Notes under the pieces: generated by a model | What the model saw: only the letters and a program-made list of their open reading frames with translations | Told to the model about the DNA's origin: nothing | The model's database searches: none | Virus record (IMG/VR): IMGVR_UViG_3300027805_000006 | Direction: 5' to 3' (one strand) | DNA from: a virus | Lineage: Duplodnaviria > Caudoviricetes | Length of the DNA: 64,000 bases | Translations under genes and position numbers: made by a program | Part shown: positions 48,758 through 57,884 of the stretch, piece by piece | How the letters are laid out: every line of letters starts with the position of its first letter | Numbering within the stretch: position 1 is the stretch's first letter

Positions 48758-49729
48758 ATGCCTGTTCCTTCAGGTCCGCTAAGTCTTGGTAATATTCAGA
48801 CAGAGTACGGTGGCTCAAATCCGGCGTCGTTGTCTGAGTACTACAGAGGTGCTTCATCCAGTTCTACGGTACCAAATCAAACATCTGCTGGGACTTATGG
48901 TACAATTCCCACGTCTGGTGCAATTTCAATGGGTACTTTTAGGAGCAAGGGCAAGTTCGTATTTAATGCCACAATTTCCACAAACACAACTGACTATAAT
49001 ATTTCAAGTGCTGCAACCTCAGCGGGTTGGGATGGCAGTGAAACACTTATTGCTTCAGTAACAATCAATGCTGGCGTATATGTTTATGCCACAACGACTT
49101 CTGCATATGCATTAGATACTGGAAGCAGTTTTCCAGGTGGTCACTATATTGCAATTACAAACAATGGGTTAATAGTTGGAAGGGGCGGGGCTGGCGGAAC
49201 AGGTGGTGGTTCCAATGCGTCATCTGCACTTGCCGCTGTTGCTGGAAGTGCTGGTGGTCCTGCGCTAAGAGCACAGGTTGCTGTCGAAGTTACCAACAAT
49301 GGCACCATTGGTGGTGGAGGTGGTGGTGGTGGAGGTGGTGCATCTGTATGGTTGGCAGATGGTGACAAGTCAGGCACTACTACATACAGCGCCTCTGGTG
49401 GAGGGGGCGGGGGAGGGCGTGCAAATGGCACGGCAGGTGTCAGAGGAACAGCGGCGGGTACTGATATTATAGCAAATAATGGTGCTAATGGAACTGCTGG
49501 TGCTCTTACAACCGTTGGGGCTGGTGGTGCAGGCTCAACGGGCTTTGGATGGGCAGGAGGGAATGGTGGTGCTGGTGGTGCTCTAGGCACTGCAGGCTCT
49601 TCTGGTCTTGCATCGACTGGTGGAACAAGCGGTGGTGTGGGGGCTGGAGGTGGTGGAGGTGCTGCAGTTGTTGGAAATGCAAATATTACGTGGGTGGTAA
49701 CTGGCACTAGGCTGGGCGCCCTTACATAA
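48758..49729 (+). CDS. gp38-like glycine-rich tail fibre adhesin 1
   Basis: GRGGAGG, VTNNGTIGGGGGGGG and GGGGGGG motifs as in T2/S16 gp38; SGPLSLGNIQTEYGGSNP N-terminus. Confidence 0.8.
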   Translation: MPVPSGPLSLGNIQTEYGGSNPASLSEYYRGASSSSTVPNQTSAGTYGTIPTSGAISMGTFRSKGKFVFNATISTNTTDYNISSAATSAGWDGSETLIASVTINAGVYVYATTTSAYALDTGSSFPGGHYIAITNNGLIVGRGGAGGTGGGSNASSALAAVAGSAGGPALRAQVAVEVTNNGTIGGGGGGGGGGASVWLADGDKSGTTTYSASGGGGGGGRANGTAGVRGTAAGTDIIANNGANGTAGALTTVGAGGAGSTGFGWAGGNGGAGGALGTAGSSGLASTGGTSGGVGAGGGGGAAVVGNANITWVVTGTRLGALT

Positions 49730-49768
49730 TATTCAGATAAATATTACACTTCCAGAATAAAGTCAAAA

Positions 49769-51541
49769 ATGACCTTACCAACCTCAGGACCTATAACATT
49801 ATTAGATATTCAAACTGAGTTTGGTGGCTCTAATCCTATCTACCTCAATGAATACTACCGTGGTGGCACCTATGTTCCTGCAGGCACATCTGCAGGAACT
49901 GGTTCATTTCAAGACGCGCCTTTGACATACGCTGCTCCTGCACAAATTGCAGCCAGCAGTACCATTCAAATGTCTATGTTCAGGGGAACAAGTGCAGTAG
50001 TGCCATTTGTATTGAACGTTGTTGTATCTACAAATACCACCAATTTCACAATGAGAAACCGAGCCATATCTGCTGGCTGGGACCAGACAAGCCCGCTCAT
50101 TATGACGGTCACCATAAATGCTGGGGTTACGGTAGGTGCATCTGACACAATAAATTCAGCATTTAGAACAAAATTACTTGGCAACCCTGCTTTTCCTGTA
50201 GGCTCTAGCCTTACGCTAATAAACAACGGCACGATTGCTGGAGCGGGTGGTATTGGTGGAGGTGGCGCTGTAGTAGCGTCTGAGGCATCTGTAGGAACAG
50301 GAATATCAGGCAACAGTGGTGGAAGAGCCCTGCAGGCACTAGACCCCCTCTTTGTTACCAATAATGGGACTATTGGTGGTGGTGGTGGAGGAGGTGGAGG
50401 TGGTGGCGCTCTTGTAGTAATTACAGATGGGAAACTTGGCATAAGCGCTGGCTACGGTGGTGGTGGCGGTGGTGGCGGTCAAGCAGTTTTGTTGATTGCT
50501 AATAATTTTGGTCCTGGTGGAACCGTTGCCGGCTGTGATTCGAACACACCAGGTGATGCAGGCACTAATGGAACAGTATCTACTGCTGGTTTAGGTGGCG
50601 CTGGTGCAACTGCTGGTGGAAGCAAAACTGCTGGATCTGGAGGTGCGGGTGGTACTCTTGGCCAGCCTGGCCAGCCGGGCAGATCAGTAACTGGTGGTTC
50701 TTTGGGCGGAGCAGGTGGTGCTGCTGGACCAGCAATTGAAGGAAATGCAAATATTACTTGGGGCAACTTTGGAACAATTCTAGGTTCTGGCTGGACATCT
50801 CCATATTCTCTTTCAGCCAACGTAAATCCGGTGAATGAAGGGTCAAGCGTAACTATATCATTGATTGGAACTGGAATTAGTGGCACAAATGTTCCATACA
50901 CAATTACTGGGGTGTCCTCAGCAGATATCAGCGGGGCTGCACTGTCAGGAAATTTTGTAGTAGGAACAACACCAACTCAGGTCATTACTCTTGCTGCAGA
51001 TGGTATAACAGAAGGAACTGAAACAATGACAGTTGCACTAACTCCTCCATCCGGACAGACTTCTTCACCATTAGTGGCAGTAACTGTAAATGATACATCA
51101 TTTGGGGCTGGACAGGTATTACCTAGCGCGTCAAGCACTTGGCAAATTGAAAATACTACAGTTTATCCAGCAACTGCACAGACAAATATTCATTTTAGAT
51201 CTTATGGCGATACTGAATATCCAAACGGAGGAGTTTTATCTGGAAGCAATTGGTTCACCGTTACTACTCCAGGAATAGGATCATCTTACTGGATTAGATT
51301 TACCGTAAATTCTGGCACTGTACCGCAGGGTTCTCCAGTAAATACTTGGATATCACTGAGTATAGCGCCAAGTTGGTACATCCAGTCTACTATGACGATA
51401 GCACAGAATAACGGTGGAATGACTTTAACAAAACAAACAGAATTTACTATAGACATAGCATCAAATTCAACAGGAACAAATATAGTAGCAACTCACACTG
51501 GTAATACCTTCTATGCAGAACAGGTATCGTCGTTGCTATAA
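49769..51541 (+). CDS. gp38-like glycine-rich adhesin 2 with additional C-terminal beta domains
   Basis: Same N-terminal and polyglycine motifs; GATAAATA at 49736-49743. Confidence 0.8.
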   Translation: MTLPTSGPITLLDIQTEFGGSNPIYLNEYYRGGTYVPAGTSAGTGSFQDAPLTYAAPAQIAASSTIQMSMFRGTSAVVPFVLNVVVSTNTTNFTMRNRAISAGWDQTSPLIMTVTINAGVTVGASDTINSAFRTKLLGNPAFPVGSSLTLINNGTIAGAGGIGGGGAVVASEASVGTGISGNSGGRALQALDPLFVTNNGTIGGGGGGGGGGGALVVITDGKLGISAGYGGGGGGGGQAVLLIANNFGPGGTVAGCDSNTPGDAGTNGTVSTAGLGGAGATAGGSKTAGSGGAGGTLGQPGQPGRSVTGGSLGGAGGAAGPAIEGNANITWGNFGTILGSGWTSPYSLSANVNPVNEGSSVTISLIGTGISGTNVPYTITGVSSADISGAALSGNFVVGTTPTQVITLAADGITEGTETMTVALTPPSGQTSSPLVAVTVNDTSFGAGQVLPSASSTWQIENTTVYPATAQTNIHFRSYGDTEYPNGGVLSGSNWFTVTTPGIGSSYWIRFTVNSGTVPQGSPVNTWISLSIAPSWYIQSTMTIAQNNGGMTLTKQTEFTIDIASNSTGTNIVATHTGNTFYAEQVSSLL

Positions 51542-51555
51542 TTAGGAGATTTTAA

Positions 51556-53034
51556 ATGACACTACCTTCATCAGGTCCTATTTCATTTCTAGATATTCAG
51601 AATGAATTTGGCGGGTCTAATCCAATTGGATTAGATGAATACTACCGGGGTGGGTCATATGTTCCTGTAGGTACTGCCGCAGGAACCGGGTCATCGCAAA
51701 CTGCACCCCTAACTCCTGTTGCTCCAGTTCAAATTACCACTGGCGGTACTATCCAACTCTCAATGTTCCGTGGAACTACAGCAATAGTTCCATTCGTTCT
51801 AAACGTTGTCATATCTTCACTTACTGAAGACTTCAATATGAGAAGTTATGCTCTTGCAAATGGATGGGATGGAACCTCTCCACTTAATATGAGCGTAACC
51901 ATCAACACCGGAGTTACAGTATCATCTTCATCAACTTCTACTCCAGCATTCACAACTAAAACTGCAGGAGATCCTACATTCCCAGTTGGTTCAAGTTTGA
52001 CGCTGTTGAATAATGGAATAATTGCTGGTCGTGGTGGTGCTGGTGGTGTAGGTGCTAATGTAGTCAATGTGACAACTTTGACTAACGGTGGTGCTGGTGG
52101 TGTAGGTGGACCTGCACTTGAAGCGCTTGATGCAATTTCAATTACACTTAATGGAGTAATTGGTGGTGGCGGGGGTGGTGGAGGTGGTGGAGGTGCTGCA
52201 ATTTATTCCACTGGCGGAAAAGATTCTGTAGATTCTGGTCTATCTGGAGGCGGTGGTGGTGGTGGACGTTCTATACTTTCTGGTGGAAATGGTGGAGCGC
52301 CTGGAACTGTTAATACTTCAACTGGCTCTGGTATTGAAAATGCAATTATTGGAGGCATAGGTGCAAGTGGAACAGTAACTGCCCCTGGATCAGGGGGAGT
52401 TGGTCCTTCTTCAGCAGGTTCTGGTACTACATCAGCAGGTTCTGGTGGATTAGGTGGTGACTTAGGACAACCTGGCGCTGCAGGAAGAACGTTAACTGGA
52501 TCTGTAGGTGGTGCAGGTGGTGCTGCTGGAGCAGCAGTTATTGGAAACTCAAATATTACTTGGGCCTTTGGCAGTTCTGCAGGAATTTATGGCTCTGGCG
52601 GACCTACAGTGGTGGTACCAAGCGGATCAGGAACTTGGCAGGCTTGGAACTTTGCTAGCGGCTTTTCAGCTACAACTGTTTCTTCTATTATAACATTCTA
52701 TCCAGGTGGTACAGTTCTACCACTTTTAAGTTGGTACAATAGTGCTCCTAATTACTGGGTTACACCGACAGGAGCAGGTGTTGGAAATGACTATTGGATA
52801 AAATTTACCTTTATTTCTCTGGATAATGGTGGTGCTACTATTTTAGGAGACGCTTTGAATACATGGATGCCGCTTGATATATCACGATCTATCGGTGTTC
52901 AAGTATCTGGCTCTGATAATGATGCAACTCTTACTGTAACAGTTCAATTTGCAACTGATTCTGCTGGAACAAATATCGTTGCCACACACACTGGTGTTAC
53001 AACAAATGCAATAATCTTCCCAGCAGGCGCTTGA
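51556..53034 (+). CDS. gp38-like glycine-rich adhesin 3
   Basis: Paralogous to 49769..51541 (SGPI..LDIQ.EFGGSNPI.L.EYYRGG). Confidence 0.8.
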   Translation: MTLPSSGPISFLDIQNEFGGSNPIGLDEYYRGGSYVPVGTAAGTGSSQTAPLTPVAPVQITTGGTIQLSMFRGTTAIVPFVLNVVISSLTEDFNMRSYALANGWDGTSPLNMSVTINTGVTVSSSSTSTPAFTTKTAGDPTFPVGSSLTLLNNGIIAGRGGAGGVGANVVNVTTLTNGGAGGVGGPALEALDAISITLNGVIGGGGGGGGGGGAAIYSTGGKDSVDSGLSGGGGGGGRSILSGGNGGAPGTVNTSTGSGIENAIIGGIGASGTVTAPGSGGVGPSSAGSGTTSAGSGGLGGDLGQPGAAGRTLTGSVGGAGGAAGAAVIGNSNITWAFGSSAGIYGSGGPTVVVPSGSGTWQAWNFASGFSATTVSSIITFYPGGTVLPLLSWYNSAPNYWVTPTGAGVGNDYWIKFTFISLDNGGATILGDALNTWMPLDISRSIGVQVSGSDNDATLTVTVQFATDSAGTNIVATHTGVTTNAIIFPAGA

Positions 53035-53063
53035 TTTTTATCTTAAAGGCAGACACCAGCGAA

Positions 53064-53071
53064 TATAAATA
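53064..53071 (+). promoter_or_regulatory. Late promoter TATAAATA
   Basis: Exact T4 late consensus 27 nt upstream of an ATG with a GGAG RBS. Confidence 0.65.
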
Positions 53072-53098
53072 AAATCAATCATATGATGGAGATCTAAA

Positions 53099-53449
53099 AT
53101 GAAGCAATTTGAATGGAAAATTAATCACGTTGAACAAGCGCAGGGAACAATGCTTGTTGAATACACCTACAACGGATCTTCAATGGTCTATAACCTACCA
53201 GTGCCTCCTGCCGACCAGGACATTGCAGAATGGGTCAAGATGTACGCTCCTGTGTCAGAGTGGGAAAGATCTGAAGCGCAGTTGGCTGCAGTTGAAGTTG
53301 GAATGACAGGCTCGCACGTTATTATTTCTCCTACTGCAGGTGTTGCTCCAGCAAGCGAGGTACCTTCTCTTTCAGGTAGCCTGAATGAGGAATACATTCG
53401 CGCCGTTGTTTATTCAGTTCTTGAGGAAATGCGGGAAGCACAGGTGTGA
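53099..53449 (+). CDS. Hypothetical protein (116 aa)
   Basis: GGAG RBS; coupled to the next ORF. Confidence 0.75.
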   Translation: MKQFEWKINHVEQAQGTMLVEYTYNGSSMVYNLPVPPADQDIAEWVKMYAPVSEWERSEAQLAAVEVGMTGSHVIISPTAGVAPASEVPSLSGSLNEEYIRAVVYSVLEEMREAQV

Positions 53450-54003
53450 AAGAGACCTTGCACAATGCAAGGCGCCTTGATGAAACCAGAGTAAAGCGAG
53501 CATTTGGCTGGGTAGTTACCTTTCGGGATTTTCCTGAAGGCTCCTGGCAGGTAGTAGGCGGCGATAAGATGATGACAGAAGCACTTACCCTTTTTACTAA
53601 AGGGCGTGCTGAATTTTATCTTGACGGCGAAAGGCGCGGAGATAGAGTACCTGGAATCCTTTCCTCTGAGCATGATCTAGTTGGGCTAAACGGAGAATTC
53701 ACACTTAAATACGTTGAGCCTACTACACGTGTTTGCATTTTTTCTGGATTTGCTGGAAACAAAAATCAACTTCCAAATGTGTCAAAAATAGTTCTCCATA
53801 AAGAGCAACAGCAAAATGCTAGTGCGGGGTTTAAAGCACTGGTATGTTTAGGCGAAGTAAAGGTAAATGACAAGATTTTTACAGAGGAAAAAACGTTTTC
53901 AGTTGTATCAAACTCTGCTACTATAGAAGCCCTCTCAGAGCAAGTAATTTTATTGGATTTTTCAAATGCTACAGCGCCATCTAGACAAACTATTCAATCA
54001 TAG
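53446..54003 (+). CDS. Hypothetical protein (185 aa)
   Basis: GTGA overlap with the previous gene. Confidence 0.7.
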   Translation: MKETLHNARRLDETRVKRAFGWVVTFRDFPEGSWQVVGGDKMMTEALTLFTKGRAEFYLDGERRGDRVPGILSSEHDLVGLNGEFTLKYVEPTTRVCIFSGFAGNKNQLPNVSKIVLHKEQQQNASAGFKALVCLGEVKVNDKIFTEEKTFSVVSNSATIEALSEQVILLDFSNATAPSRQTIQS

Positions 54004-54703
54004 GCTGATTTATACGCCACTCGCGTCATATGCTGGGTTGGGAGCAGTAGGCATAGGGGCATATGGTCTAATTTTCTTAGGTGTTTCTCCACTTTGGCTT
54101 TTAGCAACTTTAGTCTTTACATTCGTTATTCTAATGGGTGTAACTGTAGGAATGCATCGCCTATTTTGTCACATGTCATTTAGGACCAATCATTTTTGGG
54201 AATATTTGTTGGCATACGTAGGAACATTGGCTATGTATGGCTCAACTGTACAGTGGTGTGCTATGCACACTTCTCACCATCGATACGCTGATACTGAAAA
54301 AGACCCACACTATACGGGTTGGAGGTATCTTTTCTGGAAGAAAAATAGAAAGACAGAATTCAACAAAAAAGTTCTAGTCAGACTTTATAGACAACCGCTG
54401 CATCGATTTCTTCACCGGTACTATACATTGGTGATCGCTTTAACGTGTCTTTTTCTCTTTATTATTTCACCTTGGGCATTGGTATTTTGCTATCTCATTC
54501 CACTTTTTTGGCTTCACTTCGTTGGTTCATTTCACCAGGTATTTGCGCATGGAAGCAAAGGACCAAGAAACCTTCCGATAATGGAAGCATTGATGTTTAC
54601 TGGTGGTGAGTGGCTTCATAGACAACATCATGACAGCCCAAAATCTATTCGATTTGGGTCTTTAGATGCTGGATTTTTCTTTATAAGACTTATTTCTGTT
54701 TAG
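53966..54703 (+). CDS. Membrane fatty-acid (delta-9-type) desaturase
   Basis: His boxes HRLFCH, HTSHH...DPH and GGEWLHRQHH; hydrophobic segments. Confidence 0.88.
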   Translation: MLQRHLDKLFNHRLIYTPLASYAGLGAVGIGAYGLIFLGVSPLWLLATLVFTFVILMGVTVGMHRLFCHMSFRTNHFWEYLLAYVGTLAMYGSTVQWCAMHTSHHRYADTEKDPHYTGWRYLFWKKNRKTEFNKKVLVRLYRQPLHRFLHRYYTLVIALTCLFLFIISPWALVFCYLIPLFWLHFVGSFHQVFAHGSKGPRNLPIMEALMFTGGEWLHRQHHDSPKSIRFGSLDAGFFFIRLISV

Positions 54704-56184
54704 CACTCTAACTGGACTTCATACCCCCAGAGATAATCTACGTAATCGGTTACAATATCCGCATCAAGTAAATTGAGGTCTCTATCCATATATTGTTCAT
54801 ACTTTAGATGAAGCGTGCGGTCACCTTCAAGGTCGGCACCCACCACCTTTATTTGAGGAACATAGTTAATTCTCTCCATAGTACGAGCCAAGGCAATTCG
54901 AATATTTTTATATCCAATTTCATCATGAATTTCTGTAACTAGTGCATAGTCTTCTTCTTCCTCATCTTCATCAGGAGGAGGATCAACCCTAATGCTAAAC
55001 AGCTTCAAGTCACGAATAACTTTAGGTGATAGATATTGCTGAATAAAACTGTCATCTCGATGCTCAAATACTGCTTCCTTTACCACATCTTGCCATCGCC
55101 TACCAATAAGATGAGGCATCCACTCTTTATCTTCATCAGTTGGGTTTTCACAGATGCGCTTTACGTCCTGCAGGATGGCAAAGCCAAGTGCGTAAGGATT
55201 GATACCACTGTAGTGACGTGAATTATAACTTGGCTGATAAATTACACCTGAGTGAAAATCAAGGAACGCCATGAAGGCATCTGGTGATAGAATCCCCTTT
55301 TCTTCCAAGCGCGTCATAATGTAGTAGTGGCAGAATGAGGCATACCCTTCATTCAGGTTCTTTGTCTGCGCCTGTGGGTAAAAATACTGGTTTACCTTGT
55401 AGACAATTCTTAAAATTTCACGCTTCCACTGTTCTAAAGAAGGAGACTTCTTCATAATGAAGTACAGAAGATTTTCCTCTTCCTCCATTTTATCTTCATC
55501 TTCCCTATCAAGCTCAGGGTCGATGGAACTTGTGCGCTTAAGAATAATGTCTAGTTCTTGCTGCCGCTTCTCTTCACGTTCCATTAGCACCTTAAGCCTA
55601 GCCTCTTCACTTAACTTTGGGCGATGCTTGCGCTTAAACTTATCGATGCCGTGAGGTGCCAGTGCGTGTGCTGCATCTAGCACCATTTCAACTTCATCTT
55701 CACCATAACGTTGCTCGCATTGGCGAATATAGTCACGCGCAAAAATCATGTAGTCAATAATTGAACCAGCATTTGTCCATTGTTTGAAGGTCTCGTTATT
55801 ACGAAAAACTGCATTATGCCCAAACGCGGCGTGCGCAATCACCATTGTCTGCTGCAGCATGCTGTTTTCTTCCATAAGATAAGAGATGCAGGGGTCAGAG
55901 TTAATTACAATTTCATATGCTAAACCCATTCGTCCTGTCTGATATGCCTTTTCATTTTTTAGAAATTCTTTTCCAAATGACCAGTGATTATAGTTAATTG
56001 GAAGACCAATAGAAGCATATGCATCCAGCATTTGCTCCGCACTTATGATTTCAATAGCATTAGGATATAAAAGACCTTTTAATTCTAATTCTTCATGCGC
56101 AATTTTTTCGCATTCCATGTAAATTTGCTCAATTAGCGCAGGTGACCAGTCAGTACGGGATGTGATGTAAAGTGGTGTGCTCAT
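54700..56184 (-). CDS. spoVR: SpoVR/YcgB family protein
   Basis: GLPINYNHWSFGK, GLAYEIVINSDPC, IAHAAFGHN.VF.NN, MNEG-like LNEGYASF. Confidence 0.95.
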   Translation of the reverse strand: MSTPLYITSRTDWSPALIEQIYMECEKIAHEELELKGLLYPNAIEIISAEQMLDAYASIGLPINYNHWSFGKEFLKNEKAYQTGRMGLAYEIVINSDPCISYLMEENSMLQQTMVIAHAAFGHNAVFRNNETFKQWTNAGSIIDYMIFARDYIRQCEQRYGEDEVEMVLDAAHALAPHGIDKFKRKHRPKLSEEARLKVLMEREEKRQQELDIILKRTSSIDPELDREDEDKMEEEENLLYFIMKKSPSLEQWKREILRIVYKVNQYFYPQAQTKNLNEGYASFCHYYIMTRLEEKGILSPDAFMAFLDFHSGVIYQPSYNSRHYSGINPYALGFAILQDVKRICENPTDEDKEWMPHLIGRRWQDVVKEAVFEHRDDSFIQQYLSPKVIRDLKLFSIRVDPPPDEDEEEEDYALVTEIHDEIGYKNIRIALARTMERINYVPQIKVVGADLEGDRTLHLKYEQYMDRDLNLLDADIVTDYVDYLWGYEVQLEC

Positions 56185-56297
56185 GACTTCCTTTGAATTG
56201 ATGGGAATAGACCTACCCCAACTGCTTCTCTAACCTCTTGTTGCCAGTGAAAATCGATTTTATCAAAAAAGGCTTCTGCTAGATAAGTGACATTCAT
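56181..56297 (-). CDS. Small translationally coupled ORF (38 aa)
   Basis: MNVTYLAEAFFDKIDFHWQQEVREAVGVGLFPSIQRKS; ATGA overlap with both the yeaH stop and the spoVR start. Confidence 0.5.
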   Translation of the reverse strand: MNVTYLAEAFFDKIDFHWQQEVREAVGVGLFPSIQRKS

Positions 56298-57658
56298 GCT
56301 GATGCCTTTGGCTTCTTTGCATATATTGAACGGAAGGCGCTAAAGACTGCGCTATCTTCTCCGATCTTGATAGCATGCATCTTTGGATTTGTACGCGAAA
56401 TTGACGTCATTACATTCCAAAGTGAAACTCCAGAGGCGTAGTTAAAGGTACCAGCAATAGACATACCTACCTGTACATAGACAGCATGACGCAGTTTAGC
56501 AATCAGCCCGTTCTCTTCAAGTTCTGCAATTACCTGTGGATTATCAGAGTCCCAGTTATCGCCATCTCCCGCATATGAAAGATAGATATTTGTTTGCTGA
56601 ATATCATATCGTGTCTTAATGATATCGTGCGCAAGTTTAAATGCTGGGGAAACAATGGTACCACCGCTCTTTCGTGTAGTAAAGAAATCCTCTTCAGTCA
56701 TCTCCTCCGCACCATCAGTGTGAGCGATAAAGATAAGATCGGTGTTTGGATATTTCCTCTTGATGAAGGCATACTGCAGTGAAAAGAATTTTCTGGCAAC
56801 TCGCTTCTTATTCTCATCCATAGAGCCGCTAATGTCCATCACCATCACAAGAACCGCGTCAGCCTGCTTTACCTGAATACGCTCGCTCTTTTTGTAGCGA
56901 AGATCAACTTTTTCAAAGAATGGAATAATTGAAATTTTTGACTTTAGTTCTTCAATGCGCTGGATAACATCTTTTCGACGTGCTTCGTAACTTGCGCTTA
57001 TCGGATTTCCAGAAAGAAATTCTTCAATTTTTTCTAGTTCTTTTTCAAGTGCAGCAAGTTCTTCACGGCTTTCGGCGGCGACGGCACGTCGCCGCCCAAT
57101 TGAATTTCTAAATGAGCGAATTACACTAAGTTGAGCAGCATTGCCTTCCTTCTGAAAACCTGCAGGCTTCCATACTGCTTCAGGCAGGTCCTTTTCATTT
57201 GTTTCAAGAAGATCAGGTAGTTCGCAGTCTTCAAAGAAAACATCAAAGAATTCTGAGCGACTAATATTGACAATAAAATCATCTTCGCCATCTTCGCCAG
57301 GTCCGGAACCATTTCCTCTGCCACCTCTGCCACCACCACTTCGGTCAATAATAAACTTATCACCTCTTTCCCAACGGTCATTTCCAATGAGTATGCTTTC
57401 GTAGTTTCCAGTTGATGAATCGTAGCGGAAGGTAGGCTCATGAAGTGCGTCCTTCGCAATCTTCACCGGATTGATAAACGACTTAGAGGAAGATTGACCT
57501 CCAGCCGCCTTTACTCCTCCAGCATCGATATCTACTGGCTTTGATTGACGAATACTATCTTTAATCCGTGCCAGTAATTTAGAACGATTATTAAGTGACT
57601 TGCCTCTGCTAGTTTTGCGTCTATCAACGAAAATGAAAGTCGTTGACGGTAAAGTCAT
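56294..57658 (-). CDS. yeaH: YeaH/YhbH (DUF444) vWA-like protein
   Basis: IDRR...K..NR..L; DLRYK; VMDISGSM (MIDAS); FIAHT; SGGT..S; GDGDNW. Confidence 0.94.
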   Translation of the reverse strand: MTLPSTTFIFVDRRKTSRGKSLNNRSKLLARIKDSIRQSKPVDIDAGGVKAAGGQSSSKSFINPVKIAKDALHEPTFRYDSSTGNYESILIGNDRWERGDKFIIDRSGGGRGGRGNGSGPGEDGEDDFIVNISRSEFFDVFFEDCELPDLLETNEKDLPEAVWKPAGFQKEGNAAQLSVIRSFRNSIGRRRAVAAESREELAALEKELEKIEEFLSGNPISASYEARRKDVIQRIEELKSKISIIPFFEKVDLRYKKSERIQVKQADAVLVMVMDISGSMDENKKRVARKFFSLQYAFIKRKYPNTDLIFIAHTDGAEEMTEEDFFTTRKSGGTIVSPAFKLAHDIIKTRYDIQQTNIYLSYAGDGDNWDSDNPQVIAELEENGLIAKLRHAVYVQVGMSIAGTFNYASGVSLWNVMTSISRTNPKMHAIKIGEDSAVFSAFRSIYAKKPKASA

Positions 57659-57659
57659 A

Positions 57660-57863
57660 TTAGCCCCTTAGAAATAGAAGCGTATAGAAAATGCCAGTAG
57701 CGCAAAACCAAGTGTATCCTACTGACCAAATGGCAAGTGAATTTCCAAACATAAAAGGAATCCAACCAAAAGTTGCCAATAGAAAAGCATATGCCTTGCC
57801 TCTGTTGCTCAGACCATCTAGCCAAGAATAAAACTTGCTTGTGATATTAGATAAAATCTTCAT
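57660..57863 (-). CDS. Small membrane protein (67 aa)
   Basis: Two hydrophobic segments; GGAG RBS. Confidence 0.65.
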   Translation of the reverse strand: MKILSNITSKFYSWLDGLSNRGKAYAFLLATFGWIPFMFGNSLAIWSVGYTWFCATGIFYTLLFLRG

Positions 57864-57884
57864 ATTCAGTCCTCCAGAATGTTA

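Noticed and set aside
31802-52693. Many 60-190 aa antisense or alternative-frame ORFs within fibre and adhesin genes (Q/L-rich or P-rich)
   Set aside because: Expected by-products of repetitive Gly/Thr/Ala codons; no RBS or domain evidence.
34096-53034. Diversity-generating retroelement or invertase-driven fibre switching
   Set aside because: No reverse transcriptase, recombinase, inverted crossover sites or adenine-specific TR/VR pair was seen in the window.
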